Assembly (NCBI RefSeq): GCF_964355755.1 | Contig: NC_092670.1 | Location: 4,144,201-4,208,200, forward strand | Direction: 5' to 3' | From: Antedon mediterranea | Taxonomy: Eukaryota > Animalia > Echinodermata | DNA length: 64,000 bases | In this document: positions 13,526 through 28,390 of the stretch, piece by piece | Position numbering within the stretch: position 1 is the stretch's first letter | Layout: each line of letters opens with the position of its first letter | Notes under the pieces: generated by a model | Seen by the model: only the letters and a program-made list of their open reading frames with translations | Told to the model about the DNA's origin: nothing | Databases searched by the model: none | Translations under genes and position numbers: made by a program

Positions 13526-14578
13526 TTAGAACTGAAATTATAACTTTAATTCCTTGTTTAACTAATATAATATGCAGTGTTACTGTTATTGTTAGTGAAA
13601 CAGTGTAAGCAATAGTCTTGATGATGGCAAAGTTGTATGAGTGTTGTATTGTAGCAGCTCAGAGTTTAAAAGTAAAAGTATGTTACCATAATAATTGCAG
13701 TGCTAATATTCATGATTGTTTGAAAATGTGTTTTGAATTGTTCTTGAAATAGAAAAGTATTGTTTCCATATTGTGCAAATAGATATTTATATAATAATAA
13801 TAATATATTTATTTCCTCAAAAGGACATAAGATAAAAAATTATATAATACAACATACACAGAAAAATTACCTAAGAGGTTTTGGCTGCTGTTTGATAATT
13901 TTGACAAGAACTTAATAATTTAACTTAAGACTTTCAAAAGGTTATTAGTTGCAGGAAAAGACAAATACCAACAAAATAGATACAGATATTAGATTGATTG
14001 ATTACAAAAGAATTAATTCCAATAAGATAATTCCGTTTAATTTAGAAAGTTATTTAATAAATCTGAATGTGCACTGGGTAAACTTGCTTGCAGTGACTGC
14101 TGTGTATATCCAACTTGTTTTTTACCATTTACTACATTCTTTCCAATTAATATCTTAAATTTATATCTAAAATATTTATCTTAATTCTGTAGAGACTAAT
14201 ACTTATTGAAATAATAATTTTTTAAATTTTAATTATGCAAATAAACCACATAACAAATGTGTATAATGCTTATTTTTATGATAATACAGAAAATGTATGA
14301 AAACCACTAATAGTACACTTTGATCCAATAAAATAAATATTTAATCTATCGAATTAATATATGTTTTTTTTAATAAAACATTTCAAAATACAACGTAACA
14401 CTAACACGCCTAAAATGAATCGTACAGAATTATAACCCAGAGGAAATACATACGATATAATTTCTCTTTAAAAATTTTTAATAATCACAAAATGAATTAA
14501 ATATTTGTGATTGTAATTATTCATTTATCTCTACAATGTGGGCGTATGCGTGACATATGTTTTGCAAGTTGACATTAA

Positions 14579-14922
14579 AGCTCAGGTACAGGCATGAATT
14601 TTAAATATAATATTTGGTTAATTGTACATAAATCAAATATTTGTAACAGAAATCAAGACGAAAAAACATGAATTCCCTTAATATGGTCAAATACAAAATT
14701 TGGCAAAATTCTTCCATAAAAACCAGGAAAGATTTTTTTTAGTAGTTAGGTAGTTAATAATGTAATAACATGTCTGGTGACTCCATAGAAGGTGAAAAAA
14801 AGATGGTGGATATACGGTGGATAATGTTTGCTATAGCAATAGCATGAAAATAAAAATCTAAAGTTGAATAAAAATTATGGGAATGATTGGTCAATAGAAA
14901 TTTTTTTGCCCGCACCTGGCCT
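14579..14922. mobile_element. Non-autonomous DNA transposon with TTAA flanks (Kolobok-like)
   Basis: ttaa|agctcaggtacaggca ... tgcccgcacctggcct|ttaa: imperfect TIR, AG..CT termini and TTAA on both sides. Confidence 0.55.
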
Positions 14923-16116
14923 TTAATATCCTAATAATTACAATGTTTAATGTACAGTGTTTACATAAATGCAGATTATTATGGTATTATAATGTCATGT
15001 GTGTTTGTAATTTAGATTAATCCCATTGGAAAGGTTGATCATGATTAAGAGATTAACATGATCCACTTTAGTCGAGATTAGCGAAATTGTTTATCTATCT
15101 ACCTACGCCACCTACGGTCTAGACTTTATATTGCCACTAACCAAGTGAACAGCTTCCAATAGTGATGTGCACTCCTTTAGGCTTCTACCTGTAAATATAT
15201 CCGAACCGCGATTTGTTTCTAGTTCATGAATAAGTCTTAAAATTTTACTCAAACTGTTAAATTGTTCTTTATGCTGTGTCTGTAAAGCTCGGTCTATCAA
15301 ACTGTATGTGACAAAAAAATGTGATGTTGCCATGGACATGATGATGTCATATCACTTCTACCATATTTGGGCACATCGCACTTTTTTTGTAAACGTTTAA
15401 TTGCGGTTGATCAGCGATTAGGCCTACAGAAATGGATATTCAATTTTTATTAAAAAAACTTTTTATCGAAGCAATAATAATCATAAACCATGGACTACCT
15501 AAACCATTCTAATTCTAAATACCAGTACTTCACATCTGAAGCATAAGTACGGGTTTTTAACCGCTACTGGACAAATAATTTGTAGGAATCGGTAGTCATT
15601 CTTAGTTTTATTTTATTTATTTGTTTATTTATTTTTAGAGTTAAGAGACAATTTGTTTTAAATACTTTGTTCGTTGGCGTGTAATGGTGCCAATGTAGAG
15701 CAAACAACATCTGCTAATCTTTTTTTCCGACGCCAGATAACACAATTAAACATAAAAACGAAACTAGTCCTTACCTTGTGTTTTGTAATATACGTTTATG
15801 TGAAACCTTCATTTGTTTTGTTTGGGGTTGGTCAACGAAAGGGATAGCTGAGCTTGCATGTAGTATTAGTGATGAGTAATAATTACGATCGTAGTAAATA
15901 TGACCTTGACTTATTACTCATTTCGTTAAGTAAACTAACTACGTGGGTTATTTAGATATTTGAAACTTTGCCTGCGAAATGTTACCGTATTAACAACAAG
16001 GCTCGTTACATTATTTTTGGTTTTTGTTTTTTACCTTCATGATAGATGTCCAGAATCTATACCAGTCACTACTATTATATTAAATGTGTTACCTGGTGGT
16101 ATAGCAGCCTACATAA

Positions 16117-16295
16117 AGCTTGGTTCCCACTAGAACGTAACGCAAGGACGTAAACGCAACGCAAGCGTTTTAACCAATGACAAGCGAAGTTATAGACAGT
16201 TAGCAATCACAAGCGAATAAGCCATCGCTTGTGATTGGTCAATTCACTTGTGTTGCGTTACGTCCTTGTGTTGCGTCGCTAGTGGGAACCACGCT
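16117..16295. mobile_element. PIF/Harbinger-type MITE family A, copy 1
   Basis: TIR agcttggttcccactag / ctagtgggaaccacgct, TSD taa/taa; nearly identical to 25744-25924. Confidence 0.9.
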
Positions 16296-19200
16296 TAACT
16301 TTATCAGGCTTTAATAGATCTACTTTGTAGGCCTGTGCATTATTCATTTAAAGTTATTATATTTATTATTTTATTTTAAATAGGCCTATTTGTAACTGGT
16401 ATTGATATTGTATATATATTTTCTCATGCTCACAGATTTTCTCATCTTATCGTGTCAAATTAATTAATTACATTTCAGTATATCACCGGGGTTTTAGAAT
16501 TCATGTTCTGTGCCTGGTGTGTTTTTATATATATGTATCTATAAATTTATTCTTCTTTTATCAATTTTCTTGTGGATATTAAGCCTACATACCAGTATTA
16601 GGCTAACTTTGTTAATGATTCTCTATATGTTAAATCATCGACCACATGATGCAATTCTATGCTAAATTACACATGGCTATATGAAATTAATTATCCACAA
16701 GCAATAGGCCAGAGTTGACGTCATCTTATTTTCAACGACATTTATAATACAGTATTTCCAAACTGTAAATCAAATGAACACAACTGTTTCATTGATAGGC
16801 TGCTTCTTGCACATGATTTCCTTTTACACCAAGGGAATCAATGTTTGTCCTACATCTACCTTTCTTTCCTAGGAAAATATTAGGATATTTACGGTAATAC
16901 TTAGGCCTATACATTATTTACGATGAAATAAATGCCTGTGTGTTACATAAATGTCAGCTTTTATAAGCCACATATATTGACTTAAGAATACAATATACGT
17001 TTTCTTATTTAGTTGTCAAAATAATAAGTGTTTCTGCTGTGGAAATAGTAAAGTAAAATGCAGGTGGAAGTAATTGTTTTCTTAAATGGACATTGTGATA
17101 ACAACTCGTGTTATGTACGAATCCGTCTAAAGTTCATTATGTAGGCCTATTATAAACCTCACCACCTAAACAGACAGAATACTCATCCAGGTTTTAAGGA
17201 AGAACCTGAAGCGTGCTTAAATGATTATTTCCTCTTTTTTCTACTGTGTAGGCCTAGTTACTTTATTTTTAGCCGAAGTATCAAATGATTTACATGGGTA
17301 ACGATTATGTCACATGTTGGAGACTGAGTCACAAGTTTACTAGTTGACTTTCTCGGAAAGAATTTGATAAGGAACAATAAGCACGTGTCAGTTGATGCTA
17401 AAGGCAACACGTGTACACAATCGGAAGTTTAGTAAAGGAAATAAAATAATGTAAAATATCTTTGTTTGTAAAGACTTTGGTGGATTTGGAACTCCTTCGA
17501 TAAACGTTTTAATAATCGCATATGTAATTAACGGGGCATTGCGGCTCGTGTATCTTTCCCACAACTTTACCAACGTAAAGTTCATACGATGGAGACATTA
17601 AGCAGGAAATGATAAAAATTAAAAAATTATAGGCTATAATTATAAAAAAGATTGAACTTGCCTTTCATAGTCACTTTACACTGTTTTGTGGGCAAAGATA
17701 AATAATCATTATATTTAGTGTAGGTGTAACATACCGAGAGTTACAACATGCAATGACGTATAGGGCACTATGTTTATTTTCTTTAAAAACTAGATTTTCC
17801 CGGACTAAACATAATAATAATAAACCCTTTACATTAACTGTTGTAACTTTCAAGGTCATATTTTTACACTTTCATAAACACGTGGTGTATGTTTACCCGG
17901 TATGACGGAAGTAATCCGCCTCCTTTATACGGTATGTTTTATAGGCCTATCGTGATGTTCATTCTAGTTCTAGCAGCTGGTGGGGGCTGTTTTTAGTGTA
18001 TTACACTATTCCCTGGTGTAGGCTAGTAGTAAATTTTCATCCGATTTGTCAGACACAAATTATGTAAAAAAAAAATTTATATTGATACTTTTGAAACAGT
18101 GGCACACTTCTTAAATGAAGGTGCGTCCAGAGTAGGCGGACAGTAGGCTAAGTAAAATAAAAGTTTGAGAAAATAAAAAAAGAAAAAAACTATTTAACAA
18201 TGTGCCTATTTACATGGAAACATATGTGCAAGATATAAATAATAACATTAACAAAAGTAATACAGGATTTACAAAAACAAAGAACTAAGCATTTTCATTG
18301 TTTATTTACATAACTAATTCAGAAATGATTTAATATCATTGAGCGTATATTATTATATAGTTGGCTTCAGATGCACAACGCAGGCCGAGATGCGTGTCGC
18401 CACGTGTCAGCCATGTGTCAACCTATGCTGTTTTAAGTTCGTATTTAATTATACTAAAAAGTGAAAATGAAATACACTTTCGCGGGTGGAGCCGGATTTC
18501 ATGTTAGACAATTTTGAGAATGGACATTGATTGAGTTGGCCATACATTTACCTTAGAACCTGTAGGTCTATAACAAGATGGTTCAAAATAGCAGCCAATA
18601 AGTGTACATCGACCGATGTCAGTAAAACTATGGTGTAAAGAATAGTCCATGGTAAAAACGTTACCCCTGATGCAAAATGTGGCCAAAAAATGAAAATACG
18701 TCAACATCGTAAACAACGATTATGTTTTTTCAGATATCATAGGTCCCTGTAGCATGTTTTCCTAAGAAAACCACAATAATGTTTCGACATATACGGTAGC
18801 TTGAAAACTATAAATCACATAAGTAGGATTTAGAGTAGAAGTGTTTATAAATATAAATACCCAATTTTCTAAGAAGTGTTTGTTTTCAGCCGTTACAATC
18901 AGCTGTCATTAAATCACTAGTTAGCGGCGCAATTCACTTGAAATGTTTACTTACAATATGATCTCTTCCGGATTAACATTGCTTTAAATAACCGCTATGA
19001 TGTATTATATGCTGTTTTATTAAATAAACACATAACGACTTGTGAGATTATGTGTAATATGAAACCGAGAGCACGTAACAATTATTAATATCATATAAAT
19101 TATATATTTAGCAATTCAAATCAGAAGTGTTGTGTGTAAATCCCCTTTTCCATTTGCATGTGTTTTTAATACTATTTCAGTAAATAATATTAAAACATAT

Positions 19201-21485
19201 ATTATAACTGATGACACTAATGTATAAATGAATATTGTGACATTTCAAATTCCATGTTAAATCATATTAATGTCAGAATAAGGAAAACATAAACAATATC
19301 TACAATGTCTGGATGAAATGAACCATGGAGCGAGTGTTCCCTTTGCCGATATTATGGCTATTGAATTACGGTTCGACTGTATAACCGCTCGGCCAAACGT
19401 CCCTGTCATCTTATATAATAATAACAATACAATAACAAGTACACCTGTAAATGATAGTAATTTTAAATACAATCGGAGTTAAACTTACGTTTAAATTGAT
19501 TCGGGTTTAAGGGCTCTAGAAAAATGTTCTTTAACTTTGATCTTATTAACTTAATAACCCGTTCATGTGAAGTGGGGATTGATTAGGAAATTAGGATGAT
19601 ATTTGAGTTGACGTAATATAAAGTACGGTATACTTGGAACAATTTGTGTTTGTCAGTTTGTCATCACCCGAGATACCAAACACGTAAAGTTTACAATTAT
19701 GTAATCAATTTCCGAAACACATGTATCCATAAATCTCCATTCATGTTTATTTAGAAACTGTCGCATCGGCGATGATTCTGGAAACTAGATGGTAACGCAA
19801 TATAATGTCATGTGATAGTCGTCAGCAGTAGAATAAACACCAAATCGGCGTGTAAACACGGTTTATTAAACTAGATCAGATTAAACACTGTATGTAGGTG
19901 GTGTCTCCTGGTTCCCGTAGGAAGATCATCCAGTTAGGCCTACTGCATGTCAGGTGTTGGTGTTGTAGGTCTGAGTTATATTTTATGTTGTAGTATGAGT
20001 TGTGATTCAGTGGTTATGATGGGTGGTTCATGTCATTTATCAGGATCTGTTCTCATAAGAGTGTCCCACTCCCAAAGACCTGATTGTTTATGCCCCTAAT
20101 CCTAGATAAATGTTGTGTTAAATAAATAAGACTGTTAAACAGACAAACATACAAACATATTATATAAAATTAATTGTGGTCGGATAGTACGGTAATTGAC
20201 TGTCGTAAAGTTGATCCATGCGACACTGTTTTACGTTTTTATATCCCCAATACGGAGCTTGCATACCATTTACTAATAACAACATCTTATGTGATGTTAC
20301 CGTTAGTTGTTCTAGGAACATTTGTTTTATTTAGCTGGATTGTCTTGCGTCCTTTTTTAAACTATCGTTACAATATCAAGCTTTAAACCTACTACTGTAA
20401 TGTAATTGACAATTCGTTAGAATTAAACAATTCAAATGTTCATGAAATACAGTGACAAGACTTTAATATATTTTAAAAGCAATACGATTTTAATACCAAC
20501 AGGTTGAAGGTTTGTCAAAAACTCTCTGTATGGTTTTGTAACATCAGTAAGGTTTTACCAGTAACGTTTGTTAAGTCGTACCATGGGGATTATTTCTCCG
20601 TGGTCGTACATAGTCTGTAAAAGTTGTCGTAAGTTATACCTGTCCAAGTAAGGAACTAACGATTGAATGTCTTTACTTTGCCTAAAATCAAATTCAGAAT
20701 TTTTGTTTCAAAGTAAGTACAGTATGATACCGTGTGAATGTCGAGGAATAATAAGGTGATAAGGCAGGTTCTCTGGTCATGCCGATGGTGGTTGCGTCTG
20801 TTTTACACATTCTTTCTATGTTTTGTTTGATGTAGCTAGATTCCTGAGCTGCAACAAAATAAATTGACTTTTGTATGATACTTTTTTTCCTCTTTATTTC
20901 TCACTCATTCATAAATTATTAAAACGTTTAATATGAACGTTAATATATCATAAATAATCAATTAGATAAGTATTTTAATATTATACTTACACTACTTTAT
21001 TTACATGATATAACTTAACTCGAGATGAAAGTATACGGCGGACTTAAATTAAGTATAGGTAATGATAATATGATTCCAATTCGTAAATTATGAACTTCAA
21101 CACAACGTTTCTATTATTGAAAATTAACCATTGATTGTTTAATATGGAGGTTGTCAATATGGTATAATAATGTAATAAAACATTATTGTTATGAATATGC
21201 AAATGTATTTACATGTTACCAATACAATTGAAAAAAAAAAAGCACCGGTTACGAAATGCTATTGGTTAAAATGTAATAAGAAAACCTATTAGGAATAATT
21301 GAATATTAATATTGCATTGTTTTATCATCACTGAAACATTTCTTTTAAAATAAGAAACTGGAATGTTTAGAGTGTCACATACATCACGTGACATTTACTG
21401 ACAATCCACAAGAAATTAGACCAACGACTAGTCGCGCGTCAAATACTTGTGTTTTGCAGTGTAGTTTAATTTGTAGGTAAAGTTA

Positions 21486-23271
21486 TCAACCTCGAAAACT
21501 AAATCGTCTTCGTTTATTCCTAAATTCGTTCATTGAGCTATTTTCAAAGTCTACACTAAAACACCTTCGAATCAATGTTTCTGTGGAATCAGTATTACGT
21601 ATACTATTACTGTTATTCAGTGAACTAGTGATGTCATTACTTAAAATATTGCTACTGTTCGGTAAAAATACGTTTTCTTGTGAAACAAATTGTTTGTATA
21701 TATCTATACATTTCGAATTATTGTGATTTAAATGATCTAATTCAGTATTTAAAACATTGTCAATTTTCGTGCAGTTTTTACAAATACCGGTTGGAGCTAC
21801 GATATCATCATCAACGTCGTCTTCGAACGAGCATACACTTCCATTGAAGTCTTCGTCTGCACTTTCAACGCCACAATCTGTAGGCAATTCACATTTATTT
21901 ACATCGTATTTTGGTGGTGGTGGTGGTGGTGGTGTTTTCGTTTCTTGCAATTCTAACTTTTGTACAAAGTCAAGTGGTCCTACGCCTTCAAATGTGCTTG
22001 GGTGACGGTAAGAACCGCAAATGCGGTCCCACACGGTGAAGAATTGTCCGTAGTTGTAGTTAAAGTACATGTGGTGGTCAGTGTGATGTGCTGGACCATT
22101 GATGACAGATTTCATCCAGTCCGGCATTTCGAACTCACCGTCATGGATGGTGACAGCCCAAATGTTAGCAAATACGAGAAACGCAACAAAAAGGTACTTA
22201 TTGACAGGAAAAAGGACGACACAGACGTGGTAAGGCATCTGTTGCAGGAATCCATCTACTGGATGAAAGGCATGGGTAGCGAAAGGTGTTGCTACTTTCC
22301 ATTTGTGGTGCTCTTTGTGAAGATACTTGTAGAAAAACTTGTGATGCATAACACGGTGAATTGTGTAGCTTAAGAAGTCAACGACTATTATCATACCAAT
22401 CAGTTCAGGCACCATGTTGAAATAACCTGTAAAAAAATAATATGATTATAATTCTAATAATAGTAATATGATTACAAGTCTAAATGTATCAGTTATACTG
22501 ACTATCATCACAAATCAATTAATTCATTTTCCCTGTTGTCAAAATAATTCATTTGGACTGTTTAATATTAGCTCCAATCTTATTCATAATTTAATTGTTA
22601 TTTAATATTCTATTACTGTGTTGTCCAATCAATCATTTCTTATTGTATAATTATTTGGTTTTCTCATCAATGTTAACAGTAAAAGTCAAACACATATCTT
22701 AAAATTTAGATTTTGACAATAATAATATTACTTCTGTCGAAGAGTGTGCAAAATGATATTTTTTAATAAAAAAGTCAACTCACCTAGATATGTGTCGTCA
22801 TAGTTGTCCCTGAGACGAGTTTTTCCAGAAATTTCAAGATAGTACATTGGTGTGGACATTATAAACATGATTGGCATTGCGTAACTTGATTGGAAGATTT
22901 CTTGACGAAGTTGGTTCTGAAAAAGTACAATTTTTAAAGAAACGTTTATGACATTTATATGATTAACCTTGTGACTTTTTTTCTTTAATTTCAGTGGGAC
23001 AATATAAACACTTTAACATAGAAGAGCACAGTTTAATAAAATTAATAATTACTATTTTTACCTTTTTAAAATGTGGGTGTTTCATCATGTCGTGATCGAA
23101 TATAAGAAAGTAGCTTGGAACAGCTACAAGAAGATACGATATATAACCCATCGACCATGTGATGAAAAATAGACTGAGGCACTGTCTCATAGGATTGTTT
23201 TCCTCCCACGAAGCTGGGTAGACGTAAGGTGTAAATACATATTCGTCTGTGTATTGCAAGATTATATCCAT
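21486..23271 (-). CDS. SC5D: Sterol C5-desaturase / lathosterol oxidase-like (fatty acid hydroxylase superfamily), about 427 aa with a long C-terminal extension
   Basis: Exons 23271-23062, 22916-22784, 22426-21486 join in frame. N-terminus MDIILQYTDEYVFTPYVYPASW and HPHFKKNQLRQEI resemble SC5D. His boxes HRVMH, HKEHHKW, HAFHPVDG, HHTDHH and NYGQFFTVWDRICGS are intact. Confidence 0.9.
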
Positions 23272-24659
23272 TATGGCAGTCTATAAAAGAAAATATTCAT
23301 ATCACATGAGTATTGCTTAAAATGTTAAATGTTAAATGTATTATTCTGGTTTGGTTATTCTGAAAACTGAGGAAATTCGGATTAGGCCCTCCACTGACCC
23401 ACGGCTATACCAGCAGTGCAGCGCCTACCAGATCAGTACACTTGCAGACGATCTCCTCTTTTCGAATAGTGTACCAAGTTCTTTATATACAATGTTTGTA
23501 TTAAAACCCACACAAATTGTTTAGTTGTAGCATATCGAGACTTTGGATTAGAAGCAAAGTTTGTAATTGGATTTAAATGATTCACTAATTATTAAACTGT
23601 TTGTTTTGACAAAATATCTAACGGTGATTACAACCACATTCGGCGATGACGTCTATGATTGTATTAAAGGTATAGTGTATGCTTTATTACACTCATTCTG
23701 GAATTAACAAGCAGAACTCTACGAAATCATGTGGAAACAAGTAAATCTGCATGTCACCATGTAGGCAGCCTACAGTTACAATTTTTTTACTATCTAATTA
23801 TTAATACTATCTATAGTTTCAACCAATGCTGTGGTTTAGTTGTGTGGTTTTAATGATTGAGGATATTGTTTAAATATCTACAGTAACATTGTAAGATAAA
23901 TTTTAATTGATTAATTAACTTTAAATACAGAGTATCACTAGGTGAGAGAGTAATCAACTGTTTTAACCGAGATTCGAACCAATAATGTTCCGGTTGTCAG
24001 ACATAGCGAAACTCCTAAGCAAATACACGCGGCACATTTTGGGTCTATTTATTTTACAAAAGGTAAAGTTGAGGAAAAATAAATCATTGAGGATAAGAAA
24101 AAGCCACAGTAGAAATAAACTAGGATTTAATCTATACCAGAAAAAAAACTTTAAAAAATACTGTAGTAGAGTAAATAGAGCTTCAACTTTAATTAAAAGG
24201 CAATTCACCGTTCACGTGTTATATATTATTTCCTGGTGTCTGATGGGGTTTCCGTGTTGGTAGACAGTAAAAGTTCAATGTGACCGCTTCACAATAAACA
24301 TTATATTAAAACTAGTTCAATAAGCATAAATAATAAGCATAAATAATAAGCATAAATAAAATCTTATGTAATATATTTGATTTACCAAACAATAAATAAA
24401 CAATAACGGCTGTACAATTAGACATGCCATGACACGTCCTATTGTGTAGTAATTTTAAGTACATTAACAATTTAACATTCAAATTAAAAAAATCGAATTT
24501 AATTTCAACTAACAAAACATAAGTGTTACACTTACCGTGTAATCGTGTGCTGTTTTCCTTGCTACTTGAATGTACAATAGGCTACGTATATCACAAATGA
24601 AAGAGACTGTATGACTTTCTTTTCCTGAGCACTTGTTGCTATCTAAAGTTTTTCAAAAC

Positions 24660-24895
24660 GGGGGTTTTCTTATATCATAATGTTCACATCAGATAACGTC
24701 ATACTCTTCGATGTCGTCACCGCGACACGCGCATGAGCAAAATATTTATCCAATAAAATTAGGTATATAAGAGAACTCAGTTTGACGTCATTGAAGTTTA
24801 TGACAGGTGATCTGCCGTAAGCCTTCCCCAGGTTCCGAAAATTTACCCATTGAGTGATTCTAATTGGACGTCAACGTTAGCATGAATTGGATGTG
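24660..24895 (-). promoter_or_regulatory. Candidate SC5D promoter upstream of a non-coding first exon
   Basis: Minus-strand donor CG|gtaagt at 24535 and acceptor just before the ATG exon (23281-82). TATA-like gatataag near 24670, perfect CRE tgacgtca at 24783-24790, several CCAAT boxes and local CpG enrichment. Confidence 0.35.
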
Positions 24896-25743
24896 AGTGA
24901 ATGTTTAAAAAAATGGTGTATGGTGTCACAACCTACTCGGGACTCGTAAAAATACTAATCATTTAACTGTTAATGCGAGAATAAGCGGCGTAAGAATTCA
25001 TCTAAGCCCTAAGTAATCAAAGATTTACAGTCCTGTTCCCTTGTGGATATAACCAACCTTTAGGCAATGCGAATTAAATGACTTGGAAACATTCAGTTTC
25101 TCTTTATATTACTTACGATATTGTTTTACATTATTTTGCATTCTTGCCTTTCTTCGGCATTCTTTGATTCAAAGATAAATACAGGGAGTTGTAAAATTTT
25201 ATAAATATACACAAGAAAATTGTGAAACACAGCAAACTAGTTTATATTACATGATACAAGCTGTTAATTGCCAAAATCATTAAATTTAATTATTGATAAA
25301 AAAAAAACAAGTTGTGTGTAGTTCTTTTTTTTATGATGATGATAAAAAGGTTAATAAAAAGCATGATCTCTCGGTGGAGTATGTCCAGGAGGCGATAGGC
25401 ATCATTCATTCGAGTTTTGTAGAATTACATAAATACCAGCATGATGTCACTTGCATTCCACCTCGCATAGAAACACTCGAAATCATGCAAAATAAATTGA
25501 TACTTGTACTGTAACTTTAACAAAATAATACTGATATTTATCAACAAACAACCTTTTGCACATGTGGATTAAACAATCGGGGTCTCTAATTGTTCCAGGA
25601 GGAAAGAATATATTAAACTGTATATTATTTTTCTTCCTCTATTGGCGAACTTTTCTTGGAATTATAGCCTCAATGTTCCTATCTCCGGTCGGCACTTGAT
25701 ACACATAAATCGAACCATAGCGACATTCTATGATCGAACGTTA

Positions 25744-25924
25744 AGCTTGGTTCCCACTAGAACGTAACGCAAGGACGTAAACGCAACGCAAGCGTTTTAA
25801 CCAATGACAAGCGAAGTTATAGACAGTTAGCAATCACAAGCGAATAAGTCATCACTTGTTATTGGTCAATTCACTTGCGCGTTGCGTTACGTCCTTGTGT
25901 TGCGTCGCTAGTGGGAACCACGCT
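25744..25924. mobile_element. PIF/Harbinger-type MITE family A, copy 2
   Basis: Same TIRs as 16117-16295 but a different TSD (tta/tta), indicating an independent insertion. Confidence 0.9.
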
Positions 25925-28390
25925 TTATGCATGGTTCTACGTGCAGTAGAGGTCTTTAAACAGACTTGCATGACGGAAGAAAAATATATAGTAGTATGGT
26001 AATGATACGAAATTAATCATGTTTATAATAACGTTGAACCAAGCTTACTCATACAGTAGTATAGGCCTACATTCTAAACGGTATATACATGTAGATGTGA
26101 CCACGTCATAATTATTATTCCACCCCAAAATTGAGCAGCACAATCTTAATCTTCTTTTCCGGTAATTCCTATCGGGCCTTTGTTGTCCTTCTGAGTAAAA
26201 CGTCATATGGGAATGTCTCCTGATTTTAAGGAAACATTTTAGGTTTTGTGCCGAGAGATGCACGTGACTTCTTGCATATCCAGGATTTAGCAACTTCTCT
26301 GGGTACTTTAATGATTATTAATGGATATGCAACGTGTTAATTTACTAAGAACCAATCAATATTTACTAATGCGCAATGTTGTTTCTTTATATTATTATGT
26401 CTGTAACCGGAACCTGGAAGTTGTTGAAAGAGACGAATTTGAATTTCTGAGAAACAAATAGCCTGGAATGTTGTGCAGATTACCGTAAATGTTGTAGGCC
26501 TATAAGAAATTGACAATTTTCCAATAAACTATTTTTTTTTAATTTATTTATTTATTTATTTTTTAATTGGAAAAGGATACAATCATTCGCAGGGGATCTG
26601 TTGTCCAATTGGTGACATTTAGCAGAATTATAATGTATATAAATCAACCTATTTTAATGATGGTGATATGGCATTGCCAATTTGGCATACCATTCAGGTA
26701 AAATCTCTACATCATATAACGGTTCTTATGTCTTATTCTTCCAACTTTATGTTCAGATATTTTACTCCCAGATGATTTCTTTTTAAATATTTAAGAGTTT
26801 TCTACAAATTTAATTACTATAATTGATATACAGTGTACTATACTTTATTTTTGTGCTGTACCTTTACTGTTTCAAAATCAAGCTTTATTTTTCAGTTTTT
26901 CAGTCGATAATATTTATATTATTTGATTTAGGCCCATTTTGTGTTTTTATGAGCGATACATAGATACTAGTGAATGTTTACTTACCATACTTCCCTTATT
27001 TAAGTATCCTGTATTAGTATGTCTATGCAGTTAGCTAGTTCCTATTTAATATTATGTTGTTATATTTGAAGTTAGCTTTTTCTTGAATTGAATTTGAATA
27101 AGCTAACTTCAGACATAGGCCTTATCAATAATATGGAAATTAAGAATAGATTATAAAACTGCTCTTCTCAATCGCATTGGAACAAGGTCTTGAATAGAGG
27201 GCGCTAAGTATATTTTTAATTTTGTTAGAAAGATATCGATTTAGGTCTAAATTAATTTATTTATTAAATATCCATTTTGTTAATTCATAAAAGTCATTAT
27301 TCAAAAGAATGTGTTCGTAATAGTTTTTATCCAGCATGCTATTACTGTAGACCACTGAATATAATAAGAATGATGTTTGTCAAACTAGTTTGATAGTGGA
27401 CCGTGCTTTAGTTTCACGTCCTGAATTTTGGAGCCGCATTTTTTTCGATCAATTAAATGTCATATTCTGTTCTTTTTTAATACAAAAAATTGCGTGATCA
27501 CAATCGTAAAAACATGATAAAGATTAATACTGTACAATCAGATTTTGAATAGACTATAATTTTGTAGTTTCAATCAAGTTTAATCACTGAACGAAAAAAT
27601 AATGTTTTCACTTGACAAATTTCGATCCATTTTTTTGTTCAAAGTGAATAAATATTATATTAAGAAGATCAAAATGAGAAACAATTATTTTTTCAGGTGA
27701 ACAATATATCTTAAAATGATTGGATCATTCTTAGTTTTATTTAATTTAATTGTTTAAACAACGTGCCAAAACATGATAGTTATCTTTCTTTTCCTTTTTT
27801 GGTTAATAAATATCAGCATTTTTAGTTAAAAAATAGCTTCCGTCCTCGGACGTGACACTAACAATTCGTGTTTGTTTTACTGTTTATCTGCCGTTTTAAC
27901 AGGGAAGAGTTAAATTGCATTCTTCCTCATCGTCGTCGTCACTGTCTCATTATTTTGACTCGCACGGTCTAATGAGTCACGATCCAATAAATATTAAACA
28001 ACAAACAAATCATCATATTTTACTACATTTTAATAACTACCTTAGTTGCATTATCCAAGTAATGGTATTATGAAAAATGTAAAAAAGAAACTACAAAGAT
28101 TAAGTATTTAAATCTCAGTTATGATAATGAAAACCTTTTTAGTTGAAGTTTAATAATATTTAATGATATATTAGTAGCAATATTTAGCAACGATAGTTAT
28201 AAGCATATTGTATAAAAACATCAAGTCTAGTAATTTGTGTGCATAATTTTATGAACACTCAATGAAACCTACACAATAATGATTTAAATAATAATAATGT
28301 AGTCACATTGTGAAATAGAGTGATAGGAGTTACACTGTGTACTGTATTGAGTGTGTAGCACGTTAACATTGTGAAAATGGGCATAGAAGC

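Noticed and set aside
14300-20600. Protein-coding gene between PFK and SC5D
   Set aside because: Only short AT-rich ORFs without recognisable motifs, plus repeat fragments; no consistent exon chain could be built.
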